Source: Okamejei kenojei (taxonomy: Eukaryota). Taken from it: a stretch of DNA of 64,000 bases. Shown here in pieces: positions 36,691 to 48,862 of this stretch. A program made the translations under genes and the position numbers. The notes under the pieces are model-generated. The model saw nothing but the letters and a program-made list of their open reading frames with translations. It did not search any database and had not been told where the DNA came from. The stretch lies in contig CM069169.1 in the NCBI GenBank assembly GCA_035221665.1, positions 17,484,001-17,548,000 of the forward strand. Reading direction: 5' to 3'. Numbering within the stretch: position 1 is the stretch's first letter; each line of letters opens with the position of its first letter.

Positions 36691-38592
36691 CAATGACACC
36701 ATTCTGCAGAAGTATACAATTCAACAAACGAGTTGGAAAAGTTTGTGCAGAATAATACTTAAATTTGAAGGTAACACTGGACTCAGAGGTGTGGGCAACA
36801 GTGCAGAGAATAGTATGAAACTACAGGGGATTCGGCTGATGGAATGTGCAGACAGTTGGCAGATTAAATTTTAATAACCAAAGTGTGAAGCGATACATGT
36901 TGACAGAAAGAAAAAGGAAAGACAATATAAGGTAATTGGCATAGTTCTTAAAAAATAAGCAGGAGCAGACGAACCTCAGTGTGGATGTGAAACAATCTTT
37001 GAAATGTCAGTACATGTTGAGTGAAATGCAAGTAATGCATGTGGGCCTTGTGCTTTGTAAGGATCAGCCAGACACAAATACAGTCAATTAATATTGAACA
37101 CGTATAAAAAAATCTGGTTAATGATAAGTGGATTATTGACTAACTTTTTGATTGCTATATTTTATGGAGAAAGTGAAGCGCTTAAAGAGATTGCAGAAGA
37201 GATTTACGGGAATGTTTCCATGGATGAGGGATTTTAGTTCCAAGGTTAGAGAAGTTGGGATGGTTTTCATTGAATCAATGAAGATTGAGGGGAGATTTGA
37301 TCTTGACGACATTAGGTAGGCTATTAGAGAGAGCTTGTTATTAATTACAAATGGCTCTTGAATCAGGGGATATAGATTTCATGTGAAGGACAAAATATGC
37401 AGAGGAGATGTGAGGAAAAAGTGCTGTGAGTTTTGGTGATCTGTTCAAGGATGTTGCGACAGAAGTTCACAGGCCTTTCTAAAAGGAATTTAATAGATGT
37501 GGGAGAAAATAATTTCATGGGGTTTGGGGAAAATAGGGAGTGAAATTAGAGCAGTGTAGGCTGCTGAGCAGGAGCTAACATAGATCCTATGGGGCGTTAG
37601 AACAATTCCCTGATTATATTTATGTGTCTTTACATAACTAGAAAAGAGCTCAGCTTTAGTGATTTCAGTTGTAGTGCTTTTTGAAATGTCATTAGTAAAT
37701 CTTAAGTCCCATGAGTCAGTTAATACGTGGCATTATGAAAGGAGTGTCAGAACACTCTGTTCTGTTCCTGAGTGCATCAACCGGCACAGTGGCACGGCTA
37801 ACAGGGCTGTTGCCTTACAGCTACAGGGACCTAGCGTTGCTCCTGATCTCCATGTGATGATTGAACAATCTCCCTTTTGAGTGCAGGACTTTACCCCACG
37901 TGCTTCTGTTTCCCCTTATTCCCAAACGATGTATATTAGATGTTTAATTGGTTTTGTAAATTAGCCCCTAGTGTAAGTGATTAAATCGTTACGGTACCTG
38001 TGAGAATAGCATACAGGAAAATTGTGCAAGAATCCGTTTGCCGTGTGAGCAGGCAAGGATGGGCAAATGGCTGCACCCTATGTCGTAAAGAAATGTAAAA
38101 AACGTTTTTTTCCGATTCCTATTCCTTTCAGCTAAGTTCATTTTCAGTTCTGTTAAATGGAGACCAATTTCTAAATCGAGGAAAAATCTTACATAGCAAG
38201 CTGCCAGCTATCCTAATTTGGGATATCCTAGTGTGATCACTGAGTATTTTGACCATGTGGAATACTGATTAGACGTTGCACAAGTAACCATGGGCACAGC
38301 GGAAAGATGTAGTTAGGCTGCAAGTCATGATTCTTTCAATTCTGCTGGGAATAGTTGTAATCAATCATAATGACTTGATCACTATTATATGCCATTAAGG
38401 CATTATTCCTCAGTAGCAGGCAGCCAACCATTGTAATTTGAGTCACCGTAACTCAACCATTATTAATCTAGCTGTTGCGAAGGCACGTGTGATAGAGCGA
38501 TCAGATTTAAGATCAGGAAGAACATGTTATTGCATTACACATCTCTTGCCTGTGTAGATAGCTCACACTTTTACAAATTATATTTTGTTTAG

Positions 38593-38735
38593 GGATGAAC
38601 TGACATTTGAAATACTTGCTCTCGAGCCACGAGCCTCAGATGATGAGACCCTCGAGTCAGAAGCATCCATTGGAACAGCTGACAGCTTTGAAAACATAAA
38701 CATGGACTCTGAGGGAGCACTGTCGGGACGCACGG
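38593..38735 (+). CDS. MYO9A: MYO9A penultimate exon (DELTFEILALEPRASDDETLESEASIGTADS...)
   Basis: gtttag / G|GTAACT, phase 2->1. Confidence 0.96.
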
Positions 38736-38821
38736 GTAACTGTTCTACGGACATTTGCTCTCAAACTCATGCAGCTTGTTAGCAGTTCATATAGTTCCAA
38801 TAGAAAAGTAAAGGGGTTACA

Positions 38822-39130
38822 GGGGCGGCACGATGACACAGCGGTATAGTTGCTACCTACAGCGCCTTGGAGACCCGGGTCCGATCCCGACTATGGGTGC
38901 TGTCTGTATGGAGTTTGTATGTTCTCCCCATCACCTACATGGGTTTTCTCCGAGACCTTTGGTTTCCTCCCACACTCCAAAGATCTGCAGGTTTGCAGGT
39001 TTATTGGCTTGGTATAAGTGTAAATTGTCACTAGTGGGTGTAGGATGGTGTTAATGTACGGAGATTGCTGGTCAGTGCGGATTCGGTGGGTCGAAGGATC
39101 TGTTTCCGCGCTGTATCTCTAAACTAAAGT
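38822..39130 (+). mobile_element. tRNA-derived V-SINE (HE1-like)
   Basis: Same head, V-domain and tail as the 28054 copy. Confidence 0.85.
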
Positions 39131-40076
39131 AAAGTTATCGCCAGTAGGTATTTCCTGGCTGGCACGTCACCTGTTGAGAAGATCAGGTAGAAAAGCCTGC
39201 AAGGCACGTTGCAGACTTGAAGCAGAGTGGAGGGGAAGAAATGGGCAAGTGAAGGGGGTTGGCGTCTCTGTGGGTGGATGGTGGGGTTGGTGTGGAGGAA
39301 CTGGGGTTGGGAGTTGTGAATAGACACAAAATGCTGGAGTTACTCAGCGGGACAGGCAGTAGCTCTTGAAAGAAGGAATGGGTGACGTTTCGGGTTGAGA
39401 CCCTTCTTCAGACAGCATGTGACGAGTGCCATGGATGTGCTGCTTCCAGGAATGATGATGACATAATGGGACTTAGGGGGTTAAGTGGGAAAGGTGGGTG
39501 GTTTAGCAGAAGCAGAGGACTGGATTAAAAGCAGAAAATGCTGGGAAGATTTCTGCAGGTCAGGCAGCATCTGCGGAAAGAGAAAGTTTCAGGTCAAAGA
39601 GCCTTGGTCTGAGGAAAGGTATTTTCAATCTGAAATACTCACTATGTATCTTCTTCCACAGATGTTGCTTGATTTGCTAAGTCTGTCCAGTATCAGCAAT
39701 TTTATTTTTATCTATCGCTGAAACAAGAAGGAAAGGGTCAAGGACAGATGACGGGGGTCTGATCAAAGGGAAGAGAGTACTGCTTTAGGGGTATGGGGAT
39801 CAGTTGTGTGGGAGGGTGGAGTATTGAGGTTCGTATCGCAAAGGCATTCAGTTGGTTTAACCAAACTTTTCTTTCTTGCCTTCAGCTACTAACTTTCCCG
39901 AATCCTTCGAAATCTGGCTTGGCGATATGATCTAAAAGATGCATTTAAAATCTGATTTAACTTATATTAAAATATTTGAGAAGCGAGTTTTTCTTTGATT
40001 AAGTTTGGCAGCTTCAAGTAGAATCAGTCCAAGGGGTGTGCTGATGCTAACATCTGACTTTATTGTTCATTGACAG

Positions 40077-40543
40077 AAAGAGGTTCAGTTGTAAGTTCCG
40101 TTGGCCACCACCGATCTGAAGCAATGAGAAAGCTGAGGAGGCCACAGAGGAAGAAAACGGAACCTGTTGTGTCGCTTGATTCAACTGTTCATTCCTCTCC
40201 CACGGCGTCACAATCATTGTCATGTTTACCGCAAGGAGGAAAGCGATTCCGTTTCCGCTCAAAATCACCTTCGCCAGCGTTTTACCGTTCGCACAACACC
40301 ATTGAGCAAAGGGCAGATGGGAATGGTGCTAAAGGTCAGGATGAGAGGCCGCAGTTTACAACCAGAGGGACCTTCAATCCGGAGAAGGGCAAACAAAAAC
40401 TTAAGATGATGAAACGCTCGGCGCAGAAGTCCAAAGACACAACTGACGGGGCCTCGGGCTCAGAGAAAAAAATCAATGCTGAGCCTGACTTTGGAGCAAC
40501 ACAACAGCTAGTGGTATTTGGGAGCAATGAGTTCATGGTGTGA
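40077..40543 (+). CDS. MYO9A: MYO9A terminal coding exon ending ...FGSNEFMV*
   Basis: tgacag acceptor, phase 1; 'PQFTTRGTFNPEKGKQKLK' and the C-terminal NEFMV match mammalian MYO9A. Confidence 0.96.
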
Positions 40544-43235
40544 GACCAAGACCTTTGAAGGTTTCTGTACTAATCGAGTGGAGGTCTTTCATCCATCCCA
40601 ACACATCTTCCTCTGGTAGCTGCTTTCTCAGTGCATCACACGCAATACGTCCAATCCTCATAGGTGGCATTATTGCCTCAAGGAATGACAAAGGGAAGAG
40701 ATTTCTCTCTGTTTAAAAAAAGCCTGCCAGAAGGTTTGTACTGTGGCCTTAATCAATTAGACACTGAGAAGACTCTGCACCTGTCGGTGTTCCAAGAAGA
40801 GGATCTGGGCTGCAGGTGTAATCACAAACAGCTGTTCTTGTCGGTCACCAAGGGTATCTGCAGTCCAGAGGGTTGTGGTAGCAAGGCCATACTTGAAGAA
40901 GCACTTGTTTTAAACAGTGTTTGCCATCCAGAAAAGGGGACTTTCCAGAATACTGAAGGAAAAAGGTGGATTTAAATGTCATCCCATAGTTACACTCCAG
41001 CAATGCTTTTGGTCAAAGATTATTGAGAGAGCTTATTTAAGAAATTGTAAATAGCAAGATGCTCACAATCAGACAATAGCACTTCTCACTAACCTGAGGC
41101 ACTGCTGTTGGAGAATTTTAAAAAATGTTTCAGAAACAGCCAGTGGTCACTGGGAAATGTAAGCCAAAATGTCTGTGCACAAAAAAATGCATTAACCATA
41201 CATCCTATGTCTGGCATTTTTACAGGGTTTCAGGAACCACTTTACCAGTCAAGTAATGCTGCTCCTCCCTGGGCGTGTAGCGTTTAGGAAGCGTGGAATT
41301 AAAGGGACCAACCTGACTAGTCATTGTGCTTGCAAATCCACCACCCGTCCACATAGCAGTGGACATGAGCAACAGTGCAGTTATATTACAGCTCATCAAC
41401 TGTGATGCATGATAATAGTGTAGGTAAGCCAATATCATACATGGTCCTTGAAATTTAGCCCAGTACAATATCTTTTATTGAATTGTCAGTATTAAAAGCA
41501 AAGAGGACTTGAAGAGTTTTTAGTCTGATTTCTAATGCTTACTGTTAACTCGAATGTTTTTTGTTTTTAACCTTCCATTTAAAAAAAAAATTTTTTTTTT
41601 TAAATTTGATTTCTGTGATATAAGATTGTAGCTTCCTGCCCAAAGGAAGTATCTGTGGAGTAGATTAGGAACAAAACTGAATGTAACAATCACTGGAATG
41701 GGCATGCTGGGCTTCTTGTAACTTATAGTATGCTCATGACTGTATATTTCAAGAAATCTGTTTGTAAAGGATATATTATCCTGTGTCATATTCTATAATT
41801 ACTCATAAACTGCTCAGTAACCTTCATCCCAACATACAAGAGGTTTCTGGACAGTTTCAGCTCTGTATTTTTGACATTGGCAGTTGGGGTGGCATCTTAT
41901 GTATAAAGTGCAATTTATCTAATATTTCTTAAATATATCTGTGTATGGTGTACAAACAAGTTCATGAACAAATAGCCCACAGCTTATTAAAGAAGAAGCT
42001 GTAAAACTTGCATCCTGACATTTTTCTTGTGTATAGAAGAGGAAGCTGAAAGAAATTGTAGTTAAATCAATGGGCCAGAAAGAGTGGATGCAGCATAGCA
42101 TTAAAAAAACAAACCTCTATGCCCCGCTTATGGGGACAGGTAGATAATGAAAGACTTATTGTTCTTTCTACGTATGTGTGTGTGTGTATGTCTGTGTATG
42201 TATTAATTTCTCCTTTTCCTAGAGCAATCTTTGAACAACCGGAGAGCAGCAAGCAAGCTGACTTGAACTGCTCACATCTAAATATTTCTAATTCAGTCAT
42301 AAACAGTCAATGATTACACCCTTGAGTTTGCATAATTCAAACCTGGTTCTGCTCGAAGCTCTTGATTGATTCACAGCAGCTGGAGAGTTGATCTTCATAA
42401 AGCTTTGTGGAAAGGGAACGGTTCAACTCTGAGTTAATTTTTCTCACTGACAACAACAAATATTTAAAAAATTGTTTGGTATTGACAATTTTGCACATGG
42501 ACAGGGATATAGAGAGGAACAAGATCTCATACAGGAGGACAAAGTGCAAGAGTAGAACTGATCATAGGTTGGAAACGATGTGTTTCCCTGTTTGAATGAG
42601 AAATATATTAGCCTTGCTGGTCTCGCATACATTAGTTTTGTTTGTTGTAATTTGCATGAAAGTTTATCAGTTTGTTAATTCTCAGCCTTCTCCTGCAAAC
42701 CAACCCCCACTTCCCCTCCTAAAAACGCTCTTTGATTCCCAACCTCGTACTGCCTTCAGCCAATATGTTCAAACATATTTTCCTGCATTGATGACTGGTC
42801 AGAAACAAGCTCTTGCAGATGTGTTTTCCATTTTGTAGCATGGTATGCTGAGTTCAGTCTTTGCATCCCCTCTTGGCATGACAACTAACAAGTGCAAAGT
42901 ACACAACATAGGCTTGTGGATTCATGTATAATGGAGCATTTGCAACCATCTGTCCAATGGTGATCGAGCCACAGGAGCACAAAACTCTGCCTCTCTGACT
43001 CTTCAGCTGCTTCTTGTATCTGATGTGATAAGGACATAGCTGGGGGAAACCGTTCCCTTTCTGTCAGAGAACTTCAACAAAAGTATCATACAGATTTTAA
43101 CACAAAAGTCAATGGAATGGGGCTGATACATTGGTATTACAGGGTTGGTTTTTGGAATACATTTCTGGGTTACTTTTTCACTTGTATGCTAATTTAATAA
43201 TTTGCCATCTAATAAAGTACTTTGATGTCTTTTTA
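40544..43235 (+). other. MYO9A: Probable MYO9A 3'UTR
   Basis: AT-rich and free of the interspersed repeats seen in the introns; Pumilio-type TGTAAATA at 41046; ends near AATAAA at 43211. Confidence 0.55.
43211..43216 (+). terminator. Candidate polyadenylation signal AATAAA for MYO9A
   Basis: Preceded by TGTA and followed by a GT/T-rich tract. Confidence 0.5.
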
Positions 43236-44123
43236 TGGAGTTGTAGCCAATATGTTTCTTTAATACTTATTGAGAGATTATGATACTGCAAGTTTAATGT
43301 TCTTGTTCAAAGCTTCATTACTCTGAAATAATCTCTTACTCTCCTGATGGTGTTGACGGCATATTGCATATAAGTTCATTAATATTGGCTGACCTCTGGT
43401 GGCTCTTGAACCACAACAATGAATTAGCAAGTTTAGAAAATGAGTGCTGATATTAGAGCCACAGGTTTATTGAATAATGTAGTATGTTGGATTGTTTTTC
43501 TGCAATTTGAAATTTTTTTTGTTTATTTCTGGTGCAACTTATACTTTGGGTTATTAACTGTTCCTTCTATGAACAATGTGTCTCCTTATTCATTCTAGCA
43601 AATTGCACGCTAGTTTCGTGCTGAAGGCTTGTGCTGTAGAACTAGCTGTGCCTCTAACCAAGCTACGTAGAACTAGTGTGATCGATCGTCAGTGTGGACT
43701 CGGCGGGTCGAAGGGCCTGTTTCCATGCTGTATCTCTAAACTAAGCTAGGCAACACTGGAAAATGGCCCAGTTGTCTCATGCTCACAATCAGCAGAACAA
43801 ACCCAATCTGACTGGTTACCATCCAGTCATTCTACCCTGTCATCAGCAAGCTGATGAATGTACAAGTGATGCATCGGTATTGTTCCCCTTTGTGTTGAGT
43901 ACAATAATTCAGAGATAAATTGCCAGAATAGAGAAATTTAATATATTATCTATGTATATGACATACAGGTATGTACCTTTTAAATTGACAAAAAATATTG
44001 AGGTGCAACTGTGCAAGTAAACAAAAAACGCAAAAAGGACGGATAACTTCTGTAGTTATTATCCTGCTAGTAGCCCGTTATGTCATTTATGTTATTTCTC
44101 CGGAGAAATAGATCATCTTGGGT

Positions 44124-44899
44124 TCTCCGCCAGTTTCGCCACCTCCAACGTGACCCATCCACTCGCCACATCTTCCCATCTCCCCCCCCCCCCCCCCCCC
44201 CCCCCCCCCGCGTCTGCCTTCTGCAAAGACAGCTCCCTCCGCAACTCCCTTGTCAATTCGACGGCCTTCCCTCCCGCTCCAACCCTTCTCCGGGCACTTT
44301 CCCTTGCAACCACAAGAGATGCTACACTTGTCCCTTTACCTCCCCCCTCCACTCCTTTCAGGGACCCAAGCAGTCCTTCCAGGTCCGACAGGTTCATCTG
44401 CACCTCCTCCAACATCATCTACTGCATCCGCTGCTCCAGATGCCAGCTAATCTATATCGGCGAGACCAAACGGAGGCTTGGCGATCGTTTCACCGAACAC
44501 CTCCGCTCGGTCCGCAATAACCAAGCCGACCTCCCGGTGGCTCAGCACTTCAACTCCCCCTCCCATTCCTTATCCGACCTCTCTGTCCTGGGCCTCCTCC
44601 ACGGCCAGAGTGAGCAACACCGCACGTTGGAGGAACAGAACCACATATTCCACTTGGGGAGTCTGCATCCTCTGGGCTTGAACATTGAATGTTCTCAATT
44701 CTGTTAACCCTTGCTGTCTCCTCCCCTTCCCACCTCTCCCTCAGCCCTCGGGCTCCTCCTCCTCCTTTTTCCTTTTTTCTCCCCGCCCACCCCACCTCCC
44801 ATCAGTCTGAAGAAGGGTTTCGGCCCAAAACGTTGCCTATCTCCTTCGCTTCTTAGATGCTGCTGCACCCGCTGAGTTTCTCCAGCCTTTTGTGTACCC
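44124..44899 (+). mobile_element. Penelope-like element 3' fragment with GIY-YIG endonuclease
   Basis: IIYCIRCSRCQLIYIGETKRRLGDRFTEH...VAQHFN...GLNIE; pyrimidine-rich tract, then the pLTR-like repeat; 11-bp TSD TCATCTTGGGT (44113-44123, 44900-44910). Confidence 0.9.
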
Positions 44900-46307
44900 T
44901 CATCTTGGGTCTTGGTTGGATCTTGGTTAGGTCTCAGTAATGATTATAGATTTACACTACAGATTCAAGGCACTCCAAATTACGGGAGTTGTCAGACCAC
45001 AAAATGTTGAACAAGAGTTTAAAACTACACTAACTTTTTTTTCTTGCAAATTGTTGCTTCCTTCTCTGCCTTCCTTTCCGCCCTTGGTGTTGCCTTCAAA
45101 ATTCAAGGTCGTTATCCATTAAGAGAGTAGCATCTTTAATCTGATAATATTTTGTGTCCAGAGCTGTGAGAAAATTACATGGTGTATGAATCGAAAAAGT
45201 AAAATTTGATTATTTTCCTCCCTCTACCCGCAAAAATAATCGGTCATGCAGAACTTCCTGTTGTTTACATTCCTGTCACTGATTCAGATTGCTTGCATTT
45301 GGAGACTGAGTGCAACCACTTGACCCGATTTCCCTGACCAGTTCAAGCAGATTATCAAATTCAATTTACATTGTGCCTGAGGACGTTGGCTAAACGCCAA
45401 AGCCTTGAACAATCATGTGGTCTTCTGTTTAATACCTTGTTTATACAGAGGAAAACAACTTTCAAGTGTTTGCTGAATAAACAACTCTTGTCTGTTGATA
45501 CTCCCAGTGGAGCACTGAGTGCTATTCTGTCCAGTTCCCATCTTGCACTGAGATAACATTCTGATGTCCAAATGTTGTTTGCAATGGATTTTAAGAGAAC
45601 TCAAACACAATTTTCAGGAATAATTGCAGATTCTAAATGACGTTCTGACCAATATATATTCTGCAATCAATATCTAATAAAAAAGGACAATTTGGTCACC
45701 ATTCTTTGTGTGCAAATTTTCAACTGCTGCGTTACCGCAGTTAATGCACACATATAGTTCGATAACTGGTAAGCTGTAGAAATGAGATTTAATGAAGAAC
45801 ACTATTTCAATTATGGTAAATTAAGATTATACTTGTACTTCAGTTGCATTTCTGTGAAGTTATTTAATGTTAAGATCTTCTGAATCATCACTCCTCTTTC
45901 ATTTATCTCCTGATTACTTCATTTAAGCCTATCATCTCTTCTACATTATCTTACCTTACCTTCATACAGTCCATCATGTCCCCATGAGAAATGTCTCATT
46001 TCAGGTTCATTTAAGGCTGTGGAAAGAAAGGTATGTATGGCTGCTTAACACAACTTACAGATATTCACGTCTGAAGCATTCTTCCAGACCTCCACAGCAG
46101 CTCAGTTCAGGCGCTTCTCTGCGTTGTGAAGGAGAAATATACCTCATGTTTAACTAACGCACCTGCGTGAATGATTGATATGTCCAAAATCCATAAAGAT
46201 CTCTAATATTTCTCTTCATAATCTTTATACTTAGCTAAAGGAGGCCTGAGCTGCAATGAAACAAAGTATTGTTTTGAAAATGACACCAACTTATATTGGG
46301 ATTTTGC

Positions 46308-46435
46308 TTAAGAAGGAACTGCAGATGCTGGAAAATCGAAGGTAGACAAAAATGCTGGAGAAACTCAGCGGGTGAGGCAGCATCTATGGAGGGAAGGAAA
46401 TAGGCAACATTTTGGGTCGAGACCCTTCTTCAGAC
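46308..46435 (-). mobile_element. Single Penelope-derived short repeat
   Basis: Perfect 12-bp TSD TTGGGATTTTGC (46296-46307, 46436-46447). Confidence 0.82.
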
Positions 46436-47241
46436 TTGGGATTTTGCGGATATCAAAGAAAGGACATAGATTTGGCATCTGCTTGGATTGGCATGAAGAA
46501 AGAAATCATGGAATGCTACTTGTGTCTTCCAAGCAATCTCTGTAAGATTTATTTTTATACAGCTGTGGCCTATTGGCAATCAATCTAGGGGATGTCTTGA
46601 TTGTTCAAGAAATCAGTAAATATTTATTTGACTGACTTCCACATCACAACTTTGACTGTACTTGGAATCAGACAACAGGTATTTCTCACGGAAAATTCAT
46701 TTAATTGCCTTCACTCATTCCTTCCCATCATAGAACTCCTCATCTTCCTGTCATTACCTGCTGTGTTGGATATAGTTTAACATTCAAGTTTTACTTAACT
46801 TGCCATATTATTTCTGCAATATTGACAGTCCTCTATACTTCACATTTTTCTAGTCCTTTGTAGAATTTCAATTGAAAAATTCATTTCTTGTTCCAGTTTT
46901 CCCAATTCCTTTTCCCACAAGTGGATTTATTTTGGAAACAAGGAACTGCAGATGCTGGTTTACTCAAAAGGGGACAGTGCGGGAGTAACTCAGTTGGTCA
47001 GGCAGATAATGGAGACCATGGATTTTGGGTTTGGACTCCAACACTGTGTGTCCTTCTGGATTAAAAAAAATATATCTTTTTGTTTTCTGTAATTCATCCA
47101 CAATAGTCATGCTAGCTATTGTCATTGAATTTTTCATAACTCCATATTGCCTCATTACCAGTAGCTATACAGGACAATTCTTACTGAGCCATGATTAAAA
47201 ACGTAGCACTTAAAACACACAGCAGGTTTTATAACTTTGGT

Positions 47242-47268
<27 letters not shown>
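47242..47268. repeat. (AG)n microsatellite
   Basis: Seen directly. Confidence 0.9.
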
Positions 47269-47273
<5 letters not shown>

Positions 47274-47852
47274 CTGGCATTTTACTTAGTTAAATAGAAC
47301 AAAATAGCATCAAATGAAACACTAACTCTGTTTCCGCTTACACAGATGCTGCCTGACCTGTGGAGTACTTCTGCTATTCTCTTGTTTTATTTCAAATATT
47401 TGCCGCTTGTAATTTCTTGCTGTTCTCTCTCTCTGCACGATGGTAGTTTTGTATTTTCCATGCGAGGGTCTATGTCCTTAAACTTTTTGCATCATTATTT
47501 CTAGTGTGAAATCATCTTCTTAAACTTCAAAATCACACTGTTTGTTTCTCTTAGTTCTTGTATATTGACATTGTCTCATTATATTCCCAGCAAATGAAAC
47601 TTCAATGGGCTATATTTTCCTTTTTCAAGCACATTTTCATAGTTGGGGGATAAATTCACACCAGGCCACTTAGGTAACAGATTCCATCTTTATTCTAATA
47701 TAGAAATATATTCATAGGTTTAAGTATCATCAGGATGTCTGACTGTAAATGTTGGGGTAGTCTGGTGTTGAGGAACTCAGTGCATACATGGAGATGTTAA
47801 ATGGTTAAAGTAACATTGGGATGATCAGGAAAGACACAGTGTCACCGTGGAG

Positions 47853-48070
47853 ATCGAAGATAGATGCAAAATTCTGGAGTAGCTCAACGGGACAAGCAGC
47901 ATCTCTGGAGAGAAGGAATGAGTGACGTTTCGGGTCGGGACTGAAGAAGGGTCTCGACCCGAAACGTCACCCATTCCTTCTCTCCAGAGATGCTGCCTGA
48001 TCCACCGAGTTACTCCAGTATTTTGTGTCTATCTTTGATTTAAACCAGCATCCGCAGTTCCTTCCTACAC
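47853..48070. mobile_element. Inverted dimer of the Penelope-derived short repeat
   Basis: Left arm is the reverse complement of the right arm over about 85 bp. Confidence 0.8.
47941..47968 (+). ncRNA. Minimal hammerhead-ribozyme motif (perfect copy)
   Basis: Identical to the 54672 copy; sits at the centre of an inverted dimer. Confidence 0.6.
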
Positions 48071-48093
48071 GTCACACTGGAGAATGCAGATAC

Positions 48094-48141
48094 GGGGGGG
48101 GGGGGGGGGGGGGGAGGGGGGGGGGGGGGGGGGGGGGGGGG
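48094..48141. repeat. Poly-G tract (~48 nt, one A)
   Basis: Seen directly; ~75 nt downstream of the NR2E3 stop codon. Confidence 0.9.
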
Positions 48142-48216
48142 AGCTTTTTATGTGGGGAGACAGCAAATTGGATGAAACAAAACACAGGGCAATCCAAAGA
48201 TGGCTACTTAGGAAGT

Positions 48217-48349
48217 TCAGCTCTTAAACATGTCACAAAGAAGTTTTTCCATGGGAGTGTTCCCGATGGTCCTGTGAAAGAACAAAAGTTCGATTCGTTC
48301 TGCTGAGACAAAGCGTAGTGAAGGCAGCAGCAGAAGCAACTTTCCAAAT
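48217..48349 (-). CDS. NR2E3: NR2E3 exon 8 ([43 protein letters not shown]), AF-2
   Basis: ctcag acceptor, phase 2, TGA at 48219-48217; the 8 exons sum to 1218 nt (405 aa + stop). Confidence 0.97.
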
Positions 48350-48711
48350 CTGAGGAACAAAAGAGGATAAAAATAAATGCAGGCCACTGACATTCTCCTC
48401 CCCACTCCCACCAAACTGAGGGTGAAATCTCTTGCAAATAAAAATCGTGCTGTAATGCTATATCTTGCATTCTGATATTTTTCTCTTTACACTTCCTGTT
48501 GTACTTGTGTATGGCTTGATGTACTCGTGTATAGAATGATTTAATTTGACTAGATGGCAGGTCACACAGCTTTTCACTTTATCTAGGTACAAATGACAAA
48601 AATAAACCAATGCCAATCCAAAACAATAGACTTGACAATCAACAAGCTAAGTAGAGAGATGCTGCTATTAAATAGTGTCTTAATAATAGTCTGGAAATAC
48701 CCAGAGTACAT

Positions 48712-48862
48712 GGGGAGGGCGAATGCCACCTGAACACAAGTCGGGGTCTGATCAACCACGGCTGGGTCGCCTGGGCGAGGGTGTCTGATGTTGAAAGTCC
48801 CGGAACACCCAATGACCCCAGGTTACATCACTGACGATGTGTTCAGGAGCATCAAAAGGAGT
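48712..48862 (+). mobile_element. Probable Hero (R2-superfamily) LINE 3' end
   Basis: ggctgggtcgcctgggcgagggtgtctgatgttgaaag...cacccaatgaccccaggttacatcactga resembles recalled fish Hero 3' termini. Confidence 0.5.

Noticed and set aside
41578-41604. A10/T11 palindrome in the MYO9A 3'UTR
   Set aside because: Low-complexity homopolymers that are common by chance, with no evidence of function.
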